Positions 50,675-61,152 of a DNA stretch of 64,000 nt are shown here, one piece after another. Both the position numbers and the translations under genes were made by a program. Each line of letters begins with the position of its first letter. Within the stretch, counting starts at the first letter, position 1. Under the pieces are notes generated by a model. That model worked only from the letters and a program-made list of their open reading frames with translations, ran no database searches and was not told the origin of the DNA. Origin of the DNA: Macrostomum hystrix (Eukaryota > Animalia > Platyhelminthes); assembly GCA_950097015.1 (NCBI GenBank), contig CATNEN010000008.1, positions 3,038,001 through 3,102,000 of the forward strand. Reading direction: 5' to 3'.

Positions 50675-53600
50675 TTTTATTATGAATGAATGATAGCTGC
50701 AATGGGACTTTTTATCTCTGCATGAAATACCTGTGCAAATTTCATTCCATAATTTCATTTTCATGTTCATATTTACACATTTATGTATATACATGTTTCT
50801 GATTCTACTACTACGAGCGCAATAATTTAATAATACATATGCCTTTAATAGGCCTTCCACTCTAAGCCTATGGATAATAGCCCCCCTATGAGATGATGCA
50901 CGATTAAACAATAGATGGGATGACATGTGGGAATAGAATATGTAAAATACATCTTGAAACTTCAAAGCCTCAAAGCTCAAAAGTGCCTTTGGTTCATTAT
51001 ATATCAATTCAAGGCTTCTGATCACTACTACCTTGATACTAGGACTACAAGGATTTAATAATGGATGCAAGTGTGAAGACACATTAAATTTTCTCATGGA
51101 TTTGGTTCATTGGTTGTCAGTGCCTATGCCCTCCACTGTGCTGCTCTTGCAGATACCCTGTGCCTTCCAGGGCATCTGGCTCTGTGTCAATGGCCATCTG
51201 TTAGAGGTGCCCAACTGCAGTCCTATGGCATATGTATGCAGCTTCCTGTGCCTGCCTTGATTGGGACCAGAGGCTGCAGCTACTGCTTCTTTGGAGATAA
51301 ATCTGACTCTTAAGCCGATTAAGTCCGGCTACCAGGTTTTCCTCCAAATTGGAGGCTCCAATATGCAGTTGAAACCAATGACTGGACTGGTGGACAGATC
51401 AGCAAAACCTGGATAATTAATACTATTTCATATACATTTTCTATTATACTTTCACTCTAAGCCTATGGATAATAGGCCTTCAGCCTAATTTTATAATGTA
51501 TACTCCATTTAAGCCAGAAAATCTGTACATGTCAACAAGGGAACATACGATATGAAATACAAACAAGCCAGCCATTTATTAAACTTGAATGAAATTCCAA
51601 ATTACTGCATGCAACTGGAATACAATCAGCGAAATTTACACAATTAAAAAGCGATTCGATGACTTGAAAAGTGGAGGCTATATGCACAGCATATAAGCAG
51701 CAATTAAATGCAATTTAAATGCAAAATTAAATTGACTAGGTCTATTGAGGGCTGGCTAAGACATTTTTTTAATTAGATTAAAACTAATCTTACAATAGCA
51801 CCATTATGTGCTAGAGCAAATTTATAAAGGAGAATAATGATTCATATGACTGGCCAAGTACATTAAAAGCAATTAAGTATAAATGCATAGAAAAGATAGG
51901 GAAAATATTACACAGCTTGAAGCAGACTTTTTGACCTGAATTTAAATATCTAAGATGTCATCACTTGCACAAAATTTGTGATGACTGTAACATAGTGTTA
52001 ATTCAATAAAAAGGCATCCTACGTATTGAACATTATTAATAAGACTTTGTAAGAGAATATAAATGCACTTTTTGTGCATATGGCATATACTTTCGAATAC
52101 TGCAAGAAGTGAGTCAATAAAAGAGTATAATCGACATTATCAACACGACAATGAAGACCGACATTTAAATGCGCATCAATTACATTATCCATGCAAAAGT
52201 AAAAAACCCAGACAAATCAAAGGCCTGCGCGTGTGTGATGTGACAAGCGTCAAAACACGTCCTGAAAGGCGATAATGTTCAAATAAAAAGTTTCAACGAC
52301 ACAAAGACGTGCGCGCTAAAAGGAAATACAACATAAGGTGATTTCTACTGACTGCTACATTCCTTCCTGCATTTAGATGCACAAAAAATGCAGAAACTGA
52401 ATATGCACTTGTTTTAATAAAAGCAATTCAAAAATCTCGACGCAAGCATTTTCTGCAAGGCGGTCGGTTTATCAATGAAGAAGCTAAAAAAGTTGCAATA
52501 ATTTAGGATTTAATCATCAAAATCAAAACCGTTTGCCAAACGGCAAGCAACCAAAAAAAGTTTAACTACCACAGATACTGTTTATCATCAACGGAACTTG
52601 CAAAATCTTTCAATAGCAAATAACGGATGCTTCAAAAATGATAGTGTCCAAAATTTGTACCCCTTACCTTCATGTACTCAATAGGATCCAGACACGACAC
52701 ACGTTAACCAATCTAGCCGTGTGAGATGTCGTTGGAATGTAGACAACATTCCGCGTCGATTGAAGCCATCCGCGCTTAAAGCCATCAGGAATTCGCAGAC
52801 TTATACACAAAAGTACACACAAATATGCACAAAGTACACGCTGTGCATAATTACATTTTCAGGTACTAATCCTAACAGGTAATACGTGTATCGACGGCAG
52901 TATTTTTCCCATATACCCACATGGGATGTGCATCTTTAAATACCAAGCTCAAGGAGTATTACGCCCTTTTCGCCTCCAGCCGTAGGTTTGAGCACAGCAA
53001 AGTCTGCACCGGTCCCGAACCCGACCTTTCACCAGTCTGGGTGGACTTTCTCAGCCCGGGTAGGGCCGAAAGGTGCGCGCAATATCTTGTTAGACGCAAA
53101 ACAATATTTCCAGTAGATTGACGCATCATTCGACAAATTCGGAGCCGGATTTCGCGAAATGCGCGCGTTGAAAGGAGAAAAATACAAATGTTTCACGAAA
53201 GTGTATGTGCACTATTATGTACTTTTAATACACTTGCGATGTACTTTTATCAACGCCGACTCAGTATGTCATGTGCCCTAATGTTGTGCATACTACATCG
53301 CTTGCGGCTAAGCTGTCCGACTGTTTGTCTTCGAAAAAAAAATTTTTGACTCCACCAAGGTCGGCATGCATTTTCGAGAAAACGGCAAAAATGCACGTTT
53401 TGCACTGCATTTCCCAGTACTGCTTGATAACCGTGCATTGCATAGAGTCGCCTTGCATAGCGTCGTGTAGCAGGCATCCGTGCCGAATTTTTGACACCAC
53501 TTGCGCAGTGCAACTACCTGCCATTCAGCTGCAGTACCGTGCAGCACGCAAGTGTAAAATCTGGCTGCGCCATATTTTACACTTGCTTCATCAGATATCA

Positions 53601-53924
53601 GGCGCGCGGTACACTCGCAGTCCATTGAGTCACACCTCGCTGGAAAGAACTCACCGAGTAGAAAAAAAAGACACCACCCGCGTGACAATCGATTCAGCCC
53701 TTGGGGAGCTGCGCTGGAAAATGTAACCCAAAAAAGCAGTACCTAAAAGTATGTTTTTTGCACTTTTATCATAGACTATGAGGAAATTGAAAAATCGCTT
53801 TCCTGCCTCGCCTGGGCCAGGCCTGCCCGCAACTTTTGTGTCTCAACTTTTCTCCGTGCCAGAAAAAATGTGCGCTGGAAATGAGTTTGCGTAAAATCGA
53901 TTTCCAAAAAAATGGCAGTTTTAC

Positions 53925-53960
53925 GTTGCCATGGCAACCCTCACGGGTTGCCATGGCAAC
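53925..53960. promoter_or_regulatory. Paired X-box palindromes, copy 2 (53925-53938, 53947-53960)
   Basis: Identical to 41224-41259. Confidence 0.5.
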
Positions 53961-56107
53961 CAACCGCCATAAATCGGATAACCCTATAAGTTACCTACCC
54001 AACGACACCACCCGCGAGGCAAACGGTTGAGGCAGTCTCAAATGGCGCCCAATATGCCTTGAAAATGCGTGATTTTCGAGGTGTTTTCTATCTCACTACG
54101 TACGCTGGATCTTAGGTGGGGCTCACTCCGATTTCGCCCCTCGGCCTCTACCGAGGCCTCGGTGCTCGGCGCTTCGCGCCTCGCGGCTCAATACTACGTT
54201 CGCCCCCAACTAGTTTAGTTAGGTCGTAGCAATTGTGAACGATGGTAACGTGTGCTCTGCACTGTTGAAACTGTACACAGTACACAACTACGATAAATTG
54301 TGTTTAAATATTAAATATCGCCTAAATAGTTTTATATTAAAGCCGTTAAAAAATTAAACTAAGAGCCTATTATGCGCTTTCGCATTAGTTTTCGATTTGT
54401 TTAAATATATAACCGATTACCGAGCTACGTGAGGTAAATACAGAAATTTATTTAAATTACTTTGTTTCTAAGAAAACGAGAAACAACCCATGTTTCATTA
54501 TAGTTCTGAAGTCTAGTTTTTATACTGTCATACCAATTTCATTGACTAAGATACTTATTTTATTTTCATTATAACCGATAAGTCACTAAAATGTGAAACT
54601 ATGAAAGCATTAAAAGTAAGTGCACATAAAAATGTACAAAACTAAAAACTATAGACGGGGAGCATTTTTTATAGCTTAGGATATTATGTATTTGGGTTCT
54701 AGTCAAGTTCTAGTCAAGTCAAGTTTGGTTCTAGCTTTAATCATTGTTGCTCTGTATCTTATTTTTTGTTAGCGTTTGTTTTTATACTTAGCTATATTAT
54801 TTTTATTTCAACTGCATAAAATAAATACATTTATCAATTGCTGATTTGCACAGTCTCTGTGTGTATGTATAAAATTCAATCTGAATAATCTGATTCCTCT
54901 ATTTGTATTTTTGTTATTAATTTCAGTAAAGTGGGAACTTACAGTGGTAAATATACTACAAATTCCTTTGCATTGTATGCACTTATTACACATAGCTAGC
55001 AGTTAAAATAAAAATGCAGTATATATATCAACAATAGCTCCTAGCTTCTATTATTGTAATTTTAGCCTTTGTTAATGAAAATTTGCTGAAATATCTAATA
55101 AGATGTTTTGCTATCTATATTTATTTTTTAGTTATTTGTATTATAAATACAAATAATTTGTATTATGACAAATAATAGGGTTATCTAATAAATATTTAAT
55201 AATGAGTAATTATGTTGGCAATATCCTTGGCTTAAGTCTCTCTTATAAATAATCTTTAATGTTTGCTAACCAGAGGTCGTGAAACCTCTACTTAATAATC
55301 AAACTTTATCATTGAGCCCAGAGTTATCATACTGTGATTATGATTATTTACATTAGTCCCTGAGTTCTAATATATTGTTAAAAGTTGCAAAATCTTTTTT
55401 AACTTTTATATTTTCCTTCAATTTTTAAACTCTTTAATTTCATATAAGTATTTCTTAAACTATTATTTTTCAGCTACAAACTTATATAGTTTTTTAATTG
55501 ACCTAATAATAAAGTACTTCAATATTTGTCACATTGGCATCAGTATGTTTGTATATTCAAAAAAGCAAAAAATATTTTTTACATAGTTGCTGATTGTAGT
55601 CAGGTTTTTATAAAAAAGAAAGAACCCAAAATTGTTGCATGCTGTACAAAAAAGAAGTAATGTTTTGAAATTGAGCTTTTATTGCTCCAATGCTTGAGTG
55701 CTTGTTGTATATTAAATTATAACTGTTTTGCTTAACTGCCTTCCACCTCTGCTAGAAAGCAACATTTGAGCAGATGTCTCTATTGTAGAAAAAAATTACT
55801 TTTGCTTTGTAACTTTACTTTATATTTGTTGTTGCTGAAATTATTTCTGTGTTTTGTATTTATACTGTGTCACATTACATTTTGCATATTTCTGTTTAGA
55901 TACTTTAGATTTAAACAGAAAAATAATTTTTTACTTTATATTTGATACATTCTAAATAAAAACAGGAGAGCAGTGACAATAAATGATTGTTAACCACCTA
56001 GCATAGGATCATATCAGTGGGTTTTAATAAATAAACTCATCACCTATAAATTTATTGCATCACCTGTGCAACATTGCAGCCATTAAGGTGCAACAGCAGA
56101 TCATATC

Positions 56108-57095
56108 ATGGGCAACACTCTGCCAGTTGACATGTGCTCCACATTTGACATGGAGGAGCTCAAACGGCTGGGCAAGCGGTTCAAGAAGCTGGACCTCGAC
56201 GGTTCCGGCAGTCTCTCTGTGGACGAGTTCATGTCACTGCCGGAGCTGCAGCAGAATCCGCTGGTTCAGCGAGTCATCGATATCTTTGACACGGATCAAA
56301 ATGGCGAAGTGGACTTCAAGGAGTTCATAGACGGAGTGTCGCAGTTTTCCGTCAAGGGCGACAAGGACGCCAAGCTGCGGTTTGCCTTCAAGATCTACGA
56401 CATCGACAAGGACGGCTACATCAGCAACGGAGAGCTGTTCCAGGCAAGTCACTGCCGACTCTCGAAATTGTAAACTGTGGCTATTCCACTAGACCCACCC
56501 GCAGTCCAGTAGTCACCCACAATCCACTTGACTCACCCACATTCCACTAGACTCACCCACATTCCACTAGACTCACCCACATTCCACTAGACTCACCCAC
56601 ATTCCACTAGACTCACCCGCAGTCCAGTAGACTCACCCACATTCCACTAGAGTCACCCACATTCCACTAGACTCACCCACATTCCACTAGACTCACCCAC
56701 ATTCCACTAGACTCACCCGCAGTCCAGTAGACTCACCCACATTCCACTAGACTCACCCACATTCCACTAGAGTCACCCACATTCCACTAAAGTCACCCAC
56801 ATTCCACTAGAGTCACCCACATTCCACTAGAGTCACCCACATTCCACTAGAGTCACCCACATTCCACTAGAGTCACTAATGCCACGCAAATGTTTCGCTA
56901 GACAGACTCCCGGCCGAATTTCAGGTGCTGAAGATGATGGTTGGCAACAACCTGAAGGACGCCCAGCTGCAGCAGATAGTGGACAAGACCATTATCTTCG
57001 CCGACAAGGACGGCGACGGCAAGATCTCGTACGAAGAGTTCTGTGACCTGGTCGGCGGCTTGGACGTGCACAAGAAGATGGTCGTGGATGTGTGA
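56108..57095 (+). CDS. PPP3R1: Calcineurin B regulatory subunit, 168 aa; exons 56108-56443 and 56925-57095
   Basis: MGN myristoylation-type start, four EF-hands, and signature sequences [43 protein letters not shown] and ELFQ|[29 protein letters not shown]. The intron is CAG|GCAAGT...TTTCAG|. Confidence 0.97.
56490..56876. repeat. 20-bp minisatellite in the calcineurin B intron (ACTCACCCACATTCCACTAG)
   Basis: About 19 tandem units. Confidence 0.95.
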
Positions 57096-58204
57096 GCTGG
57101 GTCGCCACCAGCCTGCTACAGAGCTTTGCGATTCGGTCTTTACCCATGGCGTTAAGTACATTCTGCCCAAGTCCTACATTCTTACCCTGCATTGGTTCCT
57201 TGTCTGAACTGCTGCTGCTGTTTTTGGCGTATTTATAATCGTTATTATTGTTTACTGCCTCACACTTTGCCTCTATAACATAAAGCCATTTTCGGGTCTA
57301 TGTCGTCATCAGAGTACATATAATGAAAGATTTTTTCAACAATGCTGTATTATTATTTTTCTTTATTAACTTTTGTTACTACTTGCGAGTAGTGTGATGC
57401 GGGCATTGCGATATTATTATTGAATACTCATTTTACATTTGACTGCGTGTGACGCGCACTTTTTAACTTCAGTGGTTGTTAATTAGCATCTTACCTGGCT
57501 TTTTCTTCTGCATCGATTTACTTTCAATGCTCTTGTCTGCTGTCCATGCCACTATTGAATCAGTTTGCTTTTATCCTACAATAATACTAACACTTTCCTG
57601 TTTAACTCAACATCTGGATTTACTTATTTATCCTTCTAAAATTGTTCTCCTACAGGTTCCAGTTTATTACCTTGTTTGCTTGTCCTCGCTTTCTGCTAAA
57701 AAATTATCCGAAAATTGTCAAAATAACAAAGGAGGAGTGCTTTATTGCAAACAAACTGGCTTAAATATTTGTCATATTCTGTTATTGTTTTTGATCGCAT
57801 GTTGATTACTATTCCATAATTTATTGTTGTAAAGGTCACATTAGTTGTGAATCGTTTTGTAAGTTTCTTTGGTCAATTTTTTTTCAAGTATCTTCTATAA
57901 GCTTCTATCCTTTTTCTTACTGCGCACTGTGATAATAACAGATCAGCACACAAACTTTACTACTTCTGTCCGTTTGTCTACAGATACAATGCGCCTGAAA
58001 TCCTTGCTTAGCGGGTTCTGAGCGGGATTGTTCACTTGCAGCCGTGTCTGTTGCTTAAGGCTGGCAATAGTCTTTGTTGCATCATTTTCTTGTTCTTGGT
58101 AATTTATGAACAATTAAGTCTAGCCATCTTAGAGTTGCACTTATGAGACTTTGCTAAATACGAGTATGAAGCTCCGGAAGAGCTTTCCAACGGTACACAA
58201 AATT

Positions 58205-58606
58205 AACCTGTGGTGCTAAATACCTGCGGTGCTAATTACCTGTGGTGCTAAATACCTGCGGTGCTAATTACCTGCGGTGCTAATTACCTGCGTTGCTAAA
58301 TACCTGAGGGGGCTAATTACCTGAGGGGCTAATTACCTGCGGTGCTAATTACCTGAGTTGCTAAATACCTGAGGGGCTAATAACCTGCGGTGCTAATTAC
58401 CTGCGATGCTAATTACCTGCGATGCTAATTACCTGAGTTGCTAAATACCTGAGGGGGCTAATTACCTGCGGTGCTAATTACCTGAGTTGCTAAATACCTG
58501 AGGGGCTAATAACCTGCGGTGCTAATTACCTGCGATGCTAATTACCTGCGATGCTAATTACCTGTGGTGCTAATTACCTGCGGTGCTAATTACCTGCGGT
58601 GCTAAA
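58205..58606. repeat. 15-17-bp minisatellite (GTGCTAATTACCTGCG variants)
   Basis: Tandem periodicity. Confidence 0.92.
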
Positions 58607-59689
58607 TATCAGACAGCACCGCATATTCTGTAATATTACTGTTGCAATGGCAATTTCTTGCGGTGACAATTGTCTTGGCTGTGGGTTGAGTGGCCGAGTA
58701 CTTAAGGCACCAGTCTCTCGCACAATAGTCCCTGAGCTCGAATCTGCGGTGAGGTCACTTTCGTTTGCGAGGCACAGGAGTCAACGGATTGACAGATAGG
58801 CAACTATTGACCTACATCATCATCTATCTACATTGATTTTCGGGCGAATGTTTTATTGCCTCAATCGAGTCTCCTGAGAATTAACTGGAATTTATTTATC
58901 TATGCTACCGGGATATAAGTGTTTTCGGTTTGGAAGCGCGGAGAGACAGCGCAACTGCTTCTTGCACAAGTTTGTTTTTCATCAACCCGTGACCGAATTT
59001 CTATTATTTTTCTATGGTGGCCCGCACTTCAGAATTTAGAAGCTCGAAATGTGGAAAAAGGCCTGACATTTCTCTGCCTGGGAGGAACAATTTTTCTAGT
59101 GCGTCTGGGGTCGTCCTTCCCTTGCCAAATCCTCACTAATGTATAGTGTCACGAATTCGAACGAAATGAATAATTAATGAGAATTGCACTCGGAGAAAGG
59201 TTTCGCCTTCCTCTCTCCATTGCTCATAGTATTTGCCTGCTGCAACACGGTAGAAAATTCTAAAAACAGTGTTCACTACTTATAGTAGACTGCTAGGCAA
59301 TGTGCTCGACACTTTTGTTTCGAGGCGCAAATAACATTATATTTTTATAGACGCAAGCTAACTCCGGATCGACAGTGAATTCTAGGAATCGGGTGGAATG
59401 TGCTCTTAGATTGATCGCCCATATTGCAAGCAATAATCAGGTTTGGACTCTTAGCGATTATTCACAAAAGCCATTGTGAATGGAGCAGCAATCACGTAGC
59501 ATCAGTTTCTGTGTGACGACTACTTCCCATCGCGCAATACTGAGTTTCGTGACTGTAAAACATACCGACAGCAAGCCATTGCACTCATGCAACAGTAGCA
59601 CTTCAATATAGGAGTAAATTAACTAGAGAATGAGACAATAAAAAAGTTCCATTGGGCACTGCAACAGTGTGGCAGAACAAGTTCGGAAT

Positions 59690-61012
59690 TAGAGATTGTT
59701 GGTGACATGGGAGATTGAGGGTGAGATGAGATTGTTGGTGACAATGGAAGATTGAGGGTGAGATAGGGAGATTGAGGGTGAGATAGGGAGATTGAGGGTG
59801 AGACGGGGAGATTGAGGGTGAGATGGGGAGATTGAGGGTGAGATGGGGAGATTGAGGGTGAGATGAGATTGTTGGTGAGATAGGGAGATTGAGGGTGAGA
59901 TGGGGAGATTGAGGGTGAGATGGGGAGATTGAGGGTGAGATGGGGAGATTGTTGGTGACAATGGAAGATTGAGGGTGAGATAGGGAGATTGAGGGTGAGA
60001 CGGGGAGATTGAGGGTGAGATAGGGAGATAGGGTGAGATGAGATTGTTGGTGACAATGGAAGATTGAGGGTGAGATAGGGAGATTGAGGGTGAGATAGGG
60101 AGATTGAGGGTGAGACGGGGAGATTGAGGGTGAGATGGGGAGATTGAGGGTGAGATGGGGAGATTGAGGGTGAGATGAGATTGTTGGTGAGATAGGGAGA
60201 TTGAGGGTGAGATGGGGAGATTGAGGGTGAGATGGGGAGATTGAGGGTGAGATGGGGAGATTGTTGGTGACAATGGAAGATTGAGGGTGAGATAGGGAGA
60301 TTGAGGGTGAGACGGGGAGATTGAGGGTGAGATAGGGAGATTGAGGGTGAGATGGGGAGATTGAGGGTGAGACGGGGAGATTGAGGGTGAGATAGGGAGA
60401 TTGAGGGTGAGATAGGGAGATTGAGGGTGAGATGGGGAGATCGAGGGTGACATGGGGAGATTGAGGGTGAGACGGGGAGATTGAGGGTGAGATGGGGAGA
60501 TTGAGGGTGAGACGGGGAGATTGTTGGTGACAATTGAAGATTGAGGGTGAGATAGGGAGATTGAGGGTGAGATGGGGAGATTGAGGGTGACATGGGGAGA
60601 TTGTTGGTGACAATTGAAGATTGAGGGTGAGATAGGGAGATTGAGGGTGAGACGGGGAGATTGAGGGTGAGATGGGGAGATTGAGGGTGAGATGGGGAGA
60701 TTGAGGGTGAGATGGGGAGATTGAGGGTGACATGGGGAGATTGAGGGTGAGACGGGGAGATTGAGGGTGAGATGGGGAGATTGAGGGTGAGATGGGGAGA
60801 TTGAGGGTGAGATGGGGAGATTGAGGGTGAGATGGGGAGATTGAGGGTGACATGGGGAGATTGAGGGTGAGACGGGGAGATTGAGGGTGAGATGAGGAGA
60901 TCGAGGGTGAGATCGGGAGTTTAAGGGTGAGACGGGGAGATTGAGGGTGAGATGAGGAGATCGAGGGTGAGATCGGGAGTTTAAGGGTGAGACGGGGAGA
61001 TTGAGTGTGAGA
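59690..61012. repeat. G-rich 20-bp minisatellite (GGGAGATTGAGGGTGAGATR) with shorter variants
   Basis: Tandem periodicity; source of the PSISPSHPQ pseudo-ORFs. Confidence 0.96.
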
Positions 61013-61152
61013 CAGGTGAGATAGATCGTAGATCCATTTAGACGTATCAACTATGTCAGTAGAAAGTCATGAATCGCGCCAATTGTAGGTGACTAGACTA
61101 GAGATTTACAGGTAGGTGGCACAATCGAAATGCTTGCAGCCGTCAGCTTTGT

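Larger units (their letters stand above)
41509..54209 (-). mobile_element. Helitron2/Helentron-type element, copy 2 (12,701 bp), head-to-tail with copy 1
   Basis: Every ORF of copy 1 recurs identically at +12699 or +12701; ends at CCCCCAACTAGT. Confidence 0.93.

Noticed and set aside
54215-54223. TTAGTTAGG as telomeric sequence at the insertion site
   Set aside because: Too short to distinguish from chance.
59603-61050. 324-453-aa Pro/Ser/His-rich minus-strand ORFs
   Set aside because: Translation of the 20-bp G-rich minisatellite.
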